Shown in pieces: positions 1-11,300 of a stretch of 52,336 nt of DNA; positions within the stretch are counted from its first letter, which is position 1; each line of letters begins with the position of its first letter. The position numbers and the translations under genes were made by a program. The stretch is taken from assembly GCA_964576115.1 (NCBI GenBank), contig CAZNUA010000023.1:1-52336 (forward strand), in the 5' to 3' direction. A model generated the notes under the pieces. It saw only the letters and a program-made list of their open reading frames with translations. It searched no databases and was not told where the DNA came from. This stretch comes from an uncultured Gemmatimonadota bacterium (GTDB lineage: Bacteria; Blakebacterota; Blakebacteria; Blakebacterales; Blakebacteraceae).

Positions 1-377
1 TCCCCGGGACCGCTCCCCTGTCTGCCGATGTTGCGCACGAAGTCACCGTTGTGGTCAAAGACACGGATCGTCGAGATCTGCCAGTCGAGCACATAGATGC
101 GTTCGGCATCGGCGGCGATCCCGCGCACGTCACCGAACAGGTAGTACTCCGGCCCCTGCGCGACGCCGATCGAGACCGTTTCGACCAGTTCGGCCCGTCC
201 GCCCCAGACCGAACCCTGCAGGGTGCGCACCGAAACAGTGTTGCCAAGGGTGTCGATCGCGGCCTGCCAGACCCCGCCCGCAGCCCCTCGATCGTTGCGG
301 GACGTGCAGGCGCTGAACAGAACGGTTCCCGTGAATATCGCGAGCGTGGCGGTCCGCACAGTAAGCACCGGTTTCAT
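1..377 (-). CDS. 6-bladed beta-propeller (NHL-like) lipoprotein, runs off the window start
   Basis: Not in the ORF track. My translation from ATG 377: MKPVLTVRTATLAIFTGTVLFSACTSRN...GIAADAERIYVLDWQISTIRVFDHNGDFVRNIGRQGSGPG. Has a lipobox-like FSAC and the same GRQGSGPG motif as its neighbours. Confidence 0.85.
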   Translation of the reverse strand, partial: MKPVLTVRTATLAIFTGTVLFSACTSRNDRGAAGGVWQAAIDTLGNTVSVRTLQGSVWGGRAELVETVSIGVAQGPEYYLFGDVRGIAADAERIYVLDWQISTIRVFDHNGDFVRNIGRQGSGPG

Positions 378-630
378 ACTGGCCAGTCTCCGTATCCCGG
401 TCCGGGGTGTCATACAGGAGCCGGGTGATAAACACCAGCCCCGGCCATCCTGATCCATTCAAACAGATGCGCCGTTGTATGACAAAACGGAACCGAGACC
501 GGTCCGGATCGGACATTCTGCCGCCTATCGTCGCAAGCACCCGATAACCGTTTCACCTGGCACCGGGATCGGGCTACACTACACACAATGGTTTCCTGCC
601 GGTATTGAGATCTGGATATGGAGTTGTTTC

Positions 631-1947
631 ATGAGACGACAGGCCGATGCTTTGCCTCGAATCGGGTTCAGAGCCCACTCTATCCCCCTGCCCCTGTCTT
701 CATTTCTGCTTCTGTTTCTGTCACCACCCCTGCTCCTGCTGACCGCCTGCGCCGGCACCCCCTATGAGACCGGACACGCCTTCCGCGTCTTCCAGGAAAA
801 CGGCGTCATCGTCGCCGAGACCACCGGCGCTCCGAAATACGAGGGCGAACTCTTCACCTACGAACCGGTGACCGTTCTCGAGCAGGATCCGCAGAATGAA
901 GAATCGCTGATCTACTCGGTCCGCACCATGACCATGGACACCGAAGGCAACATCTACGTCGCCGACGGCCGGAACTACCGGATCGCGGTCTTCGGTCCCG
1001 ACGGTCGATACCTGCGATCGTTCGGCCGGCAGGGGAGCGGGCCGGGCGAGTACCGCCGGATCGAGATCGTCGATTTCGATGGCGACGTCTTCCAGATCTG
1101 GGACAGCAACAACACCAGGCTGAACCGGGTGCGTCGTGACGGCACCTTCCTCGACAGCCGGCCCCCGCCGAACAACATGCGTGTGGCCGGGCTGCGCCTC
1201 CTGCCCGATGAGCGCCTGCTCGCCTGGATGAGTTCGGGTGAAGGCCGGGAGGGCTTCGCCTGGACCGCCGCGGTCATGCTCATCCTCAGTCCCGACGGCG
1301 ACACCCTGGCGACAGTATCTTCAGACGAGGTCATCACCGGATCGCACCGGGAGATCAGCGGTCCCGGAGGCATGGTGGGCTTTGAACAGCGGAGTATCCC
1401 TTTCGTCTCCTACCCCGACGCCGAATACGTTCCCGGGCGCGGCATCATGATCACGACCGGGATGACCCCAGAGGTCGACTGGTACGATCTTTCCGGCCGG
1501 CGTAGCGCCACCTACCGCCTGGATATGGCTGTGCGCCGGGTGACGGCGGAGCACCGACTGGCGTATGAGGAGATGCTGCGACAGAGCGAACGGGAACGGG
1601 CCGAGCAGAGCGGGCGCGAGCCCCGTCCGATCCCCGAGCAGGTCTATCCCGAGCATGCCGCGATCTGGAGAGGCGGGTTCGTCGATGACGCCGGCTACGT
1701 CTGGCTGCAGGTCATGCAGCTGCCCGATGAACTGGAACCCGATGAATGGTCGCGCTACTTCGTCCTCGACCCCGAAGGCCGCTATCTCGGGTACGCTCGC
1801 CTGCCGAACGCCCGGGCCCGGATCGTCCGTGGTCACATGCTGGCCGCCATTGCCGACGAAGAGACCGGCGAGGACGTCATGACGGTCTTCAGGATCACGC
1901 CGATACCACGAGGACTGCGCTATCCATATCCCGTACAGTACGAATAA
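631..1947 (+). CDS. 6-bladed beta-propeller (NHL-like) lipoprotein
   Basis: LLLTAC lipobox, GNIYVADGRNYRIAVFGPDGRYLRSFGRQGSGPGEY, C-terminal DPEGRYLG. Start moved to ATG 631, which has GGAG upstream. Confidence 0.85.
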   Translation: MRRQADALPRIGFRAHSIPLPLSSFLLLFLSPPLLLLTACAGTPYETGHAFRVFQENGVIVAETTGAPKYEGELFTYEPVTVLEQDPQNEESLIYSVRTMTMDTEGNIYVADGRNYRIAVFGPDGRYLRSFGRQGSGPGEYRRIEIVDFDGDVFQIWDSNNTRLNRVRRDGTFLDSRPPPNNMRVAGLRLLPDERLLAWMSSGEGREGFAWTAAVMLILSPDGDTLATVSSDEVITGSHREISGPGGMVGFEQRSIPFVSYPDAEYVPGRGIMITTGMTPEVDWYDLSGRRSATYRLDMAVRRVTAEHRLAYEEMLRQSERERAEQSGREPRPIPEQVYPEHAAIWRGGFVDDAGYVWLQVMQLPDELEPDEWSRYFVLDPEGRYLGYARLPNARARIVRGHMLAAIADEETGEDVMTVFRITPIPRGLRYPYPVQYE

Positions 1948-1978
1948 GCATCTGCAGGACTACCCGGGAGGCTCGGCG

Positions 1979-3217
1979 ATGCCCACTCCCGTCCGTTCAG
2001 GGGCACTCCTACTCATACTGTTCTGCCTGATCACCTCCTGTTCACAGGAGACCGGGCCGGGTCTGTACTCGTTTCTGGTATATGAAGAAAACGGTCTCAC
2101 CATCGCCGAAACGACCGGTGGCCCGAAATATGACGGGGAGATATTCACTTACACCGAAGTCCTGCGTCTGCAACAGGATGAGTCGAAACCAGAGAGCCTG
2201 CTGAATCGCCCTTACGGTATGACGATGGGTGAGGATGGGAGTGTTTTCATTCTCGATGGCGTTGAACAATGCATCCTGGTCTTCTCGGCCGACGGATCCT
2301 TTCGGCAACGGATGGGCCGGCGAGGTGCAGGGCCGGGTGAATTTGAAGGGGCGCATTATCTCAGTATGTACGGAGATACTCTCAGCGTCTTCGACGGACG
2401 ATTGCGTCGAACCACCCTGTTCAGTGACGATGGGAACCTGCTGACCACTCTCACGTCCCCCCTGCTGCCACCCTTTCTCCGGGCACTGGAGTACGGACCG
2501 GTCGGAGAACTCATCTCTATCAGCAGAAAAGCTGTGACCGATCCCGTCACTCAGGAGAACACATCAGCCGAGGTTGTCCATGTATTCTCTGCTGGTGGAG
2601 ATACCCTTGCAATCCTGGAATCAGATCCGGATCCGGTCCCGGAAACCTCTTACCTGGCACGCTTCGATTATCACGCCATTGTTCCGGTCCATTTCCACGG
2701 ACGAGCCCAGGCTGATTATTTCCCCTATCGGGGAATCATGATGACGAATGGTCATGATCCATGGATCAACTGGTACGACCTGCGGGGCAATCTGAAGCGA
2801 TCAATCAGAATTGATCTGCCACAGGATCCTGTTACTGCTGAAGAAAGGCAGCAGATCCTCCTGAACGCAGAGATTGATATCCAAAACGCACCGGATGAAA
2901 GAGCTCGTGCGATTGCACGCAAGAAAAGGGAGATGCTTGTCATCCCGGATACCAAAGAGTGTTGGGATGGTGTCTTCGCAGATGAGTGGGGGTACCTCTG
3001 GGCAACCATACCACGCGATTATCAACTGAGGCTGCTGATGAGTCCGAGTCACAGGGTATTCAATCCTCAGGGCGAGTATATCGGCGACACGACCTGGCCG
3101 GAGGGAGCCTGGTCGGTATCACGCGGTCATCTGTTGATGATCCTGGACTACGAAACGAACCCCACTCCAGCCATTCTGCAGATCGAGTCTGCCGTACCGG
3201 GATTGATCTATCCGTAG
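1979..3217 (+). CDS. 6-bladed beta-propeller (NHL-like) lipoprotein
   Basis: LITSC lipobox, GGPKYDGEIFTY, MGRRGAGPGEF, FNPQGEYIG. Confidence 0.85.
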   Translation: MPTPVRSGALLLILFCLITSCSQETGPGLYSFLVYEENGLTIAETTGGPKYDGEIFTYTEVLRLQQDESKPESLLNRPYGMTMGEDGSVFILDGVEQCILVFSADGSFRQRMGRRGAGPGEFEGAHYLSMYGDTLSVFDGRLRRTTLFSDDGNLLTTLTSPLLPPFLRALEYGPVGELISISRKAVTDPVTQENTSAEVVHVFSAGGDTLAILESDPDPVPETSYLARFDYHAIVPVHFHGRAQADYFPYRGIMMTNGHDPWINWYDLRGNLKRSIRIDLPQDPVTAEERQQILLNAEIDIQNAPDERARAIARKKREMLVIPDTKECWDGVFADEWGYLWATIPRDYQLRLLMSPSHRVFNPQGEYIGDTTWPEGAWSVSRGHLLMILDYETNPTPAILQIESAVPGLIYP

Positions 3218-3247
3218 CAGTCGTCAGGAATCTGTATCCTGTGTGCT

Positions 3248-4411
3248 TCAGTGGTACGCGAACCCTGCCGGAAGAGGCCTGAGAGCATAGACCACAACCT
3301 CCACAGCCCCGGTTTCGACGTCATCCTGAACGCAGATCATGCGACCTCGGGTGGGTCTGGCATGAAGATGAGGCAAAGTGGTTTCGCCGAGGTATTCACC
3401 CTCCGGACTGAACAGCATGCGGACATTCCGCACTTCCCGATTGAACAGATCATTGGACAGGCCCAGATCTGGACGGACGGCCCAGATATAGCCGTACTCA
3501 TCGATATAGTCGATCCCGAAGCAGGCCTTGGGATCCTGATATTCGATGTATTCATATACCTTCCGTGAGATGATTCGCGACTGCCTGTCATCAGCCGCCC
3601 GAATATGTTCCCGGTGGTATGTTCTGATAGCTCTCTTCTCAGCCTGTGTGACCGCCTCCGGGGGGAAGTTCACGCGGATCACCTTCTGCAGGTGCCCCAG
3701 AAGGTCAAAACACTGCAGGCGAGGTTCCAGGCCGTCGGCCAGGACCAGACCGTGGCGGGGATGATAGAGAATAGTGGGCGACACCGTGAAATACCGCGTC
3801 GCGAAATCGATTGTGTTGTACTGCTCGAGTCTGATACGTCTCCCGATCCGGATGTCCTCGGAGGCCAGTGAGATCAGGGAATCGCCGGCAGCAGAGAACA
3901 CTCTGGCCACGGCTCTCTCAAAACGGTACCAGTCTTCACCTGTGCGCACGACTTCGCCGAGCAGTATCCGCTCATCGGCAGGCCCAAGACGAGTTTCCCA
4001 CGGGATGAACTGACCCTCCCGGGCCGGTAACGGGAACGAGTTCACAAAGGCGCCGTCAGTCCGAAAGATGGATACCCGATTCAGTGGTGCATCCGTGATG
4101 ACAAGCAGATCACGATNNNNNNNNNNNNNNNNNNNNNNNNNNNNNNNNNNNNNNNNNNNNNNNNNNNNNNNNNNNNNNNNNNNNNNNNNNNNNNNNNNNN
4201 NNNNNNNNNNNNNNNNACGGAGTACCTCTTCATAGGTGAACAACTCGCCCTGATACCGGGGACGGGCGGAACTCTCCGCGACCTGGATCCCGTTCTCGGT
4301 TGTGACAGTGAAGGAGTGCGTACTGTCGACATTTCGGACCTTCGCGCATCCGGTGTTCAGAACGATCAGGAGAAGGGGTGAACATCGAATGATCGCTGGT
4401 ATCCGGGGCAT
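3248..4411 (-). CDS. 6-bladed beta-propeller lipoprotein spanning the assembly gap
   Basis: MPRIPAII...LNTGC lipobox, PRYQGELFTYEEVLR, FSPEGEYLG. The true length across the gap is unknown. Confidence 0.75.
   Translation of the reverse strand: MPRIPAIIRCSPLLLIVLNTGCAKVRNVDSTHSFTVTTENGIQVAESSARPRYQGELFTYEEVLRXXXXXXXXXXXXXXXXXXXXXXXXXXXXXXXXXXRDLLVITDAPLNRVSIFRTDGAFVNSFPLPAREGQFIPWETRLGPADERILLGEVVRTGEDWYRFERAVARVFSAAGDSLISLASEDIRIGRRIRLEQYNTIDFATRYFTVSPTILYHPRHGLVLADGLEPRLQCFDLLGHLQKVIRVNFPPEAVTQAEKRAIRTYHREHIRAADDRQSRIISRKVYEYIEYQDPKACFGIDYIDEYGYIWAVRPDLGLSNDLFNREVRNVRMLFSPEGEYLGETTLPHLHARPTRGRMICVQDDVETGAVEVVVYALRPLPAGFAYH
4117..4216. other. Assembly gap (100 N)
   Basis: Run of N. Confidence 1.
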
Positions 4412-4421
4412 GGTTGTTTCC

Positions 4422-5672
4422 TCACCTTCGTCCGTACACCCGGGGGTCGATCCGGTATTTATCGACTCGCGGGAAGTCATCTTCCACCCGGAATTCATTG
4501 AACTTATACAGACATGCATCAGCGATCCGGACGCCATAGTAGTCACCCAAGAACCAGGCCGAGCCGACATAGGACCGTTCATCGGCGTTGAACACATCCG
4601 TGAGTACTTCCCCGCTGTCGTTCTTCGCCGACGTGAAGACAAAAATGAAAGGACCATCGGTTTCGATACCCAGAACGGGAACCGACCAGTGCCGTTCAGC
4701 GATCCCCTCATCAACCAGGTCCCATTGCTCCTCCCATTGCCGAAACTGTTCGGGATCTCTTTCACGTAATTCTTCGTTCGGCAGTGGGCGCGTCCAGGTG
4801 AGTTCGTACAACTCGTAGGAATGGGAGAGTGTTTCCCGCTGCCCGCTTTCCAGATCAATCAGGGTCAGCGTGTACTGCAATTCTTCTCCACCCTGCCGGC
4901 TGTCATGGAAGGTATGCAGATACACGGCCCGGCCATCAGGCAGCGGCGCCGCCAGCAGTTTCCCGAGCGCATCCATACTAACGACAGGTCCGTACTGGCC
5001 ATAGAGCGCATCAGTTTGTTGATATCGAGCCAGAACCGTCAGGGTGTTACCAACAAGGTGGAACAGGAATACCTCGCGATGTTCGAGATTATTACTGTCC
5101 CGATCCTGAGTGCCCACGACCAGGAGGCGCTCGTCCTCCCCCAGGCACCAGACTGATTCCGGCCGGTCAGTACGCAAATCCAGTGAGTCAAGTATGTCCC
5201 GGTAGGGTTGTACAGAGAAGTAATCAACCCGTTCGATGTAGCTGAAATCGGGACGAAAAAAATGGGCTGTGAATCCCATCCGTCCGCCGAATACACACAG
5301 GTACCCTTCCGGACTCATATAGAGATACCGGGCCCACCGGAACTCGCCCGGGCCCGCCCCCGTGCCTCCGAACCTCTGCACCGGTTGACCGTCTGGATCG
5401 AAGACCTTGATCCAATTCTCATCCGCCACCAGCAGATTGCCGTCGGGGTGTATCGCCAGACCGAACCAGTGCGGATCGACCAGCAAATAATCGTCGGGTA
5501 TGTCTTCGGCACCGAAGGAGTATTCGAGAGTCAGTACATCCTGAAGCGGTGCGCCATCAGAGCTTGAGCGTTGATCCGTATCCCGACTGCACGACAGGAC
5601 GAACAGAAAGGGAAGTGCCGTCAGAATGACGAGCAGGGCCCGAAAACGCCCGCGTCGACATGAAGTGAACAT
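4422..5672 (-). CDS. 6-bladed beta-propeller lipoprotein (divergent member)
   Basis: VLSC lipobox, GNLLVADENWIKVFDPDG...FGGTGAGPGEF. Confidence 0.8.
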   Translation of the reverse strand: MFTSCRRGRFRALLVILTALPFLFVLSCSRDTDQRSSSDGAPLQDVLTLEYSFGAEDIPDDYLLVDPHWFGLAIHPDGNLLVADENWIKVFDPDGQPVQRFGGTGAGPGEFRWARYLYMSPEGYLCVFGGRMGFTAHFFRPDFSYIERVDYFSVQPYRDILDSLDLRTDRPESVWCLGEDERLLVVGTQDRDSNNLEHREVFLFHLVGNTLTVLARYQQTDALYGQYGPVVSMDALGKLLAAPLPDGRAVYLHTFHDSRQGGEELQYTLTLIDLESGQRETLSHSYELYELTWTRPLPNEELRERDPEQFRQWEEQWDLVDEGIAERHWSVPVLGIETDGPFIFVFTSAKNDSGEVLTDVFNADERSYVGSAWFLGDYYGVRIADACLYKFNEFRVEDDFPRVDKYRIDPRVYGRR

Positions 5673-5690
5673 GCCATACCTCCATAGGTT

Positions 5691-6914
5691 TCACTCCGGA
5701 TAAGTGAATCCGCGCACCGCCGACCTGATCCTGAAAACGGCCGCCACAGGAGCGCCGGTCTCCTCGTCTTCCCACGAGACGATCAGATGACCGCGACTCG
5801 GATAACCTGAGGACGAATAGCCTGAAACCGCGGGAAAGTTAGTATCACCCAGATATTCGCCCTCAGGGCTCAGAAGGCGCCATTTGCGCTCATGGAAGGG
5901 ATTGGCAAAACTTCCCGGCGGTTCGCTGGCCCAGAAGTACCCGGCCTCATCCACCAGTACTCCGAACCAGAGATCGTGCTCATCGGGAAAGGCGAGTTCG
6001 TCGAGTTCGCGCCGGGCCTGTTCGCGTTCCCAGTCCTCAGCGGCATTTTCGATCTCATCCCGCAGCTGTGAAACAACCCGCTCGCGCTCCACAGCGGTAA
6101 CGGGATCGCGGGGGACGTCGAGTCTGATGATCCGCCGTAGCGATCCGTCGAGATCGTACCATTCCAATTCCGGCTCCGGTGATTTCTCGTGCAGGATCCC
6201 CCAGCCGGGAGCGTAGTGCAGCATCGGAGCGCCCTGGAAAACGCCGGGAACGGGGGCGGGCGGGCTGATGACCTCGGCCAGTTCCTCGCCGCCCTCAGCA
6301 TGAACACCCGCGCGGAAAGCCGATCCTGTCCCTTCACCAACCTGAGCGAAAGCCTGTTGAACCAGAACCAGCCGGTTGCCCGGCGCGGGATACGCTCCGG
6401 TGGTATTGAAGAAAAGCGGCGGCTTCATGGTGACCCTCTCGAACAGAATCGTCCGGACGAAATCGCCGGCGGTGGTGAAGACGGTGGTGCGCATCTGCTG
6501 CATATCGCAGGCGACGACCTGATCATCCCATACCCCCAGAAGCCGGAGCATCCGGAACTCTCCCGGCCCCGATCCTTGCCGACCCATGCTTGTCAGGTAG
6601 CGGCCGGTCGCGTCGTAGACGGCGATTCGATGGTTCCGGCTGTCACCCACATAGACATTGCCCTCCTCATCCATCGTCGGGGCGCCGATCCCGCCGAGGA
6701 CCGTTTCTTCGCGCGCTTCGTCCTGTTCGAGCCGGTAGAGCTCCTCATAGGTGAAGAGGGGCTGGGTGTACTTCGGTCCCCCTTCGGTCAGGGCGACGGG
6801 GACGCCATCTTCCTCAAAGGTGCGAAAGGAATGAACGGCCGATTCCGGTCCCGAGCAGGCGGCGAGCAGGAGTGCGGCGGCCGGCACACTGGTAATGAGG
6901 TTGCGGATTGTCAT
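5691..6914 (-). CDS. 6-bladed beta-propeller (NHL-like) lipoprotein
   Basis: LLLAAC lipobox, GNVYVGDSRNHRIAVYD...MGRQGSGPGEF, LSPEGEYLG. Confidence 0.85.
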   Translation of the reverse strand: MTIRNLITSVPAAALLLAACSGPESAVHSFRTFEEDGVPVALTEGGPKYTQPLFTYEELYRLEQDEAREETVLGGIGAPTMDEEGNVYVGDSRNHRIAVYDATGRYLTSMGRQGSGPGEFRMLRLLGVWDDQVVACDMQQMRTTVFTTAGDFVRTILFERVTMKPPLFFNTTGAYPAPGNRLVLVQQAFAQVGEGTGSAFRAGVHAEGGEELAEVISPPAPVPGVFQGAPMLHYAPGWGILHEKSPEPELEWYDLDGSLRRIIRLDVPRDPVTAVERERVVSQLRDEIENAAEDWEREQARRELDELAFPDEHDLWFGVLVDEAGYFWASEPPGSFANPFHERKWRLLSPEGEYLGDTNFPAVSGYSSSGYPSRGHLIVSWEDEETGAPVAAVFRIRSAVRGFTYPE

Positions 6915-7020
6915 ATACGGCCCCTCTCCGATAGGTGTGGATACTGGTGAGGTTCCGTCGGGCTGTCAGTAGGACGGTTCAGTTTCGATTCTGTTTCCAC
7001 CGGAGTGCCGCTACTGCCGC

Positions 7021-8322
7021 TCACCGGTACCGGAAGCCCTCGCAGGCGGGTTCCATGCGGTACACCTTCAGCAGATTCTCCCCCGTCTCGGGATCGGATT
7101 GCATGGTCAGGAACTGCCCGTTGCAGACGGACACGGGATATGTGCTGTGCAACGCCGAATTCCGGATGAAGGTCGGCGGGGCAGTCGTGACACCGAGGTA
7201 TTCGCCTTCGGGGCTGAGCAGGCGATAGACATAGGGGCGCTCCCCGCTCATCCAGACATCGGGATCGTTCTGGACGCGCAGCCACCAGAAGCCCCGGTCA
7301 TCGACCGCCATATTGGTCCAGGGCGGCCGGGCGTCGGGCATGGCTTCACGCAGCGAACTCCGCAGCCGGCGCATATCGGGACGGGCCGCCTCGGGTATCT
7401 CTTCGAGGCGCGACTCCCAGAAGGAATCGAACCGCTCGATGTCCTCACGGGTGATCTCGAGCGGAAGATCCTCGACCTGGATGCAACGCGCGAGTTGTCC
7501 CTCCAGATCGAAGACTTCGATGACCGGTTCGCTGCCGGCACTCACGGCTATCCCGCTCCCGGCCAGGTACCGGACAGCCGCTATAGGAGGATAGGGGTAC
7601 TGGTACGGTCCGATGAGCCCGCCGCCCGTGTCGACCTGGATGGAATTGGTCACTTCAGGAGTGCGGTGATGGGCGATCTCCCCGCCTTCGGCATCGACGA
7701 TCCAGTACTCGATATAGGTGGCTTTGACATTCAGATCCTGGATCTGTAGGGCCACATACCGATCGTCCGGCGTCCGGTAGAGCTGCCTGGAGAGCCGGGG
7801 GAAAGCCGGCGGGGCCGTAAAGGTGCCCAGCAGTTCCCCGTCGGTGCGATAGCGGGTCAGGCGCCGCAAGCGGATGTCATAGATCGTGACGACATCCTCC
7901 CGCACCTCTTCCAGGAGCATGCCCTGGAAATCGCCCGGTCCTGACCCGACCTGCCCGATCGACCGGATAAACCGCCCGTCCGGTCCGAATATCACCAGCC
8001 GGGCGACCGTATAGGTTCCTCTGGAGGAGCGGTTGTCGACGACGACATAGTGGCCGTCGGCGGTGCCGGCGAATCCCACCGCCCGGGAGATCAGTGATTC
8101 CGTCACTCCCGGATCCTGTACGAGGGTGAGGACATGTTCGTAGGTAAAGAGCTCGCCCTCGAAGCGGGGCCCGCCGCTCGACACGGCCGTCGGGATACCG
8201 GCTTCCTCACGGACTTCGAACCGGTGCTCGCCGGACTGGCCGAGCAGGACTGCGGTTCCGGACACGACGAGGACCGCCGCCAGGCAGCCAGGAATCAATC
8301 GACTGGGGGTAACCGGAGACAT
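7021..8322 (-). CDS. 6-bladed beta-propeller (NHL-like) secreted protein
   Basis: Signal peptide, GGPRFEGELFTYE, IGQVGSGPGDF, LSPEGEYLG. Confidence 0.85.
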   Translation of the reverse strand: MSPVTPSRLIPGCLAAVLVVSGTAVLLGQSGEHRFEVREEAGIPTAVSSGGPRFEGELFTYEHVLTLVQDPGVTESLISRAVGFAGTADGHYVVVDNRSSRGTYTVARLVIFGPDGRFIRSIGQVGSGPGDFQGMLLEEVREDVVTIYDIRLRRLTRYRTDGELLGTFTAPPAFPRLSRQLYRTPDDRYVALQIQDLNVKATYIEYWIVDAEGGEIAHHRTPEVTNSIQVDTGGGLIGPYQYPYPPIAAVRYLAGSGIAVSAGSEPVIEVFDLEGQLARCIQVEDLPLEITREDIERFDSFWESRLEEIPEAARPDMRRLRSSLREAMPDARPPWTNMAVDDRGFWWLRVQNDPDVWMSGERPYVYRLLSPEGEYLGVTTAPPTFIRNSALHSTYPVSVCNGQFLTMQSDPETGENLLKVYRMEPACEGFRYR

Positions 8323-8334
8323 TGTTGTACTCCT

Positions 8335-11300
8335 TCAACCGATGAAGAGGATCCGCAGGAAGCGCCCGTACTCCTTACACCAGGCCAGGCCGTAGAGGGC
8401 ATCCCAGTGCGGATTGTAGATGAAGTCGGGGCCATCCCCGACCTTCTGCAGCAGCGCGTCCACTTCCGCCTCTGAGACCTGATCGCTGTAAGTGGACCGG
8501 ATAGTGCGATGGTCCTCATGATGCCAGACATGATCGTCAATGGGGGCTCCGGTATGGTCCCGCCAGGCTTCCTCGATCAACGCCTCGCGCACCCCGCTGC
8601 GCAATCCCTCACGGCCGCCGTACCCAAACCGTCCAGCTCGTTCGCCCCCCGGGCGAAAAGCCTCGGGATCGACCAGGCGCTCCAGGCGCCGGCAGACCCA
8701 CTCCTCCACCGTAACCTCCCTCGTTTCATAGAAACCGTATCCGCCGCACCAGTCGCCCGACATCCACTCGTCGGCATAGAGCACCGACCCATCCTGCGAA
8801 CGGATCTCCAGGCGCACCCGCAGGGCGTCCCACTCCGGGCCCTCGGCCGAGGCAACGACCTGCTCCGGGGTGCCATCACCGGTCAGATCGGCCTGGCCGG
8901 TGTACTCGACCCGGATCGGTCCCTGCATCGAGGGATCGATCGGCTCGGCCGGCTCGGCTGGAACCCGACCCCAGGAATCGGCGATCTCGAAAGTACCCTG
9001 CAGGCGGATATCCTGCGATGAAGCACCCACCATGACTTCGATCAGCCCCGGTTCCACGATCCATTCCAGGTCGGGGCCGGGGAAGGCCAGCCGGTCGGGG
9101 GTGATCGGGAAGCCCACCCATTCTTCTTCCCCCGGTTCGAGCCGAACCCGGCGGAAGCCTTTGAGTTCGGCGACCGGTCGCGACACACTGCCGATCACGT
9201 CGTGCAGGTAGAGCTGAACCACCTCCTCCCCGGCACAGGGACCGGTGTTGGTGACCTTGAGAGTGACCATGGCTTCCCCGTCGGGGCCGATACGTTCGGG
9301 GGTGATGTCGAGCTCGCTATAGGCGAATGTGGTGTAACTCAGGCCGTGCCCGAAGGCATAGCGCGGAGTGCCGGGCATATCGACGTAGCCGTAGCCGCGG
9401 CCGGTCGGTTTGTAGTTGTAGTACAGCGGCACCTGGGCCACCGAACGGGGCCAGGTCAGGGGCAGCCGCCCGGAGGGGTTCGTGACCCCGAAGAGCACCT
9501 CGGCCACAGCCCGACCCCCTTCCTCACCGGCGTACCAGGCCTGCATGACGGCCGGGACCATGTCGCCCCACCCCGGCATGGTGACCGCACTGCCGGTCAT
9601 CAGGACCACTACCGTCGGCACCCCGGTTGCGGTCACGGCCTCGATCAGTTCGACCTGTTCGGGGGGCAGGTCGAGGCGGGCCCGGTCGCGACCCTCGCCC
9701 TCGCTCACCCCGGCCACGATGACCGCCGCCTCGGCTCCCTGCACGGCCGCAAGGGCCCGGCGCAGCTTCTCGCTGCCGGCTTCAGCGGTCTCCCAACCCA
9801 GGATGGCCACCGCACCGCCCCCGTTCTCGTAATACTCCAGTTTCAGCCGGCAGGCCCGGCCGGCCTCGAAAGTCACCGTCACGAAATCTGTGGTTGGGGC
9901 GCGGTCACTCCAGTGTTCGGCCACGAGCCGATCGTCGAGCCAGAGGCGGTAGCCATCGTCGGTGGTGATGCTCAGCTCCACCGGACCCGACCGGTCGGGC
10001 ACGATGATGCCGGTCCAGCGCACCGAGAATCGGTCGGCATTGACATTGGAGTGCGGCGAGCCCCCCTCCCAGTCGAAATCGATCTGCGCATCGTCACGGC
10101 GCAGCACCGGCGGGCCCTCCAGCGACATGTTGTTGAAGAACTCGGCCCGCAGTCCCGACACGTCAGCCGGGGTTTCGCCGGTGAAGAACGCTTCAGGCGG
10201 TATCGCCGGGTGCCCGAGGCGCTCCAGGTCGGCCCCTTCGGCGTAGCGGATCTCGACCCCGTCACCGAGCAGCTCCCGGATCCCCCGCAGCACGCTCACC
10301 GTTTCCATGCCGCTGCCGCTGTAGCCCCCCAGGCGGACCCGGTCGGCCAGCGGACCCAGGACGGCCACGACGTCCAGGTCGCCCGGCAGGGGCAGGAGAT
10401 CGCCGGAGTTCTGCAGCAGGACGATGCCCTTGCGGGCCGCCTCCAGAGCCAGGGCCCGGTGCGCGGTACAGTCGTTGACGCGGGCGGCTTCCTCGGGATC
10501 GACGAAGGGTTCGTCGAAGAGCCCCAGCTCGAACTTGACCTGCAGAACCTCCCAGACAGCGCTGTCGAGGATCTCCTCGCCAACCAGGCCGGAACGCAGA
10601 GCCTCCAGCAGGGGTTCACCGTAGACGTAGATGTTGGGCAGTTCCACGTTGAGACCGGCCGCGAGGGCTTCGGCGGCGGTTTCCTCCAGCGTGGCGGCGG
10701 TGCGGTGCAGGCTCCAGATGCCCCCCACCGAGCCGTAATCGGAAACCGTGAAGCCCCGGAAGCCCCACTCGTCGCGCAGAACCTCGGAGAGCAGGAACCG
10801 GCTCGAGGTGCAGGGGGTGCCGTCCCAAGAGTTATAGGCCGACATGACCGAACGGGCACCCGCTTCCTGAAAGCAGGCCTTGAAGGCGGGGAAGTAGATC
10901 TCGCGCAACAGGCGTTCGCTGAAGTGGACCGGATTCGAGTCGCGTCCCCCGTCGCCGATGTTCGCCACGAAGTGCTTCGGAGTAGTCACCACCCCCAACC
11001 CCTCGATGGCCCGGCAGAAAGCCACCCCCATCCGGGCCGTCAGGTAGGGGTCTTCGCCATAGGTTTCCTCGACCCGGCCCCAGCGCACGTCGCGGGCGAT
11101 GTTGACGACCGGGCTGAGTACCTGCCGGATCCCCCGACTGCGGGTCTCCAGCCCGATAGCGGTGGCCACCCGGTGCATCAGATCGGTGTCCCAGGAACTG
11201 GCCAGGGCAATCGCCTGCGGGAAGCTGGTCCCCCCCCGCCCCACGAGCCCGTGCAGGGCCTCATCGTGCATCAGGACCGGGATCCCGAGGCGGGTCTCCT

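Noticed and set aside
4412-4858. Long N-terminus of ORF 3248-4858
   Set aside because: It overlaps the neighbouring propeller gene. The signal peptide starts at ATG 4411.
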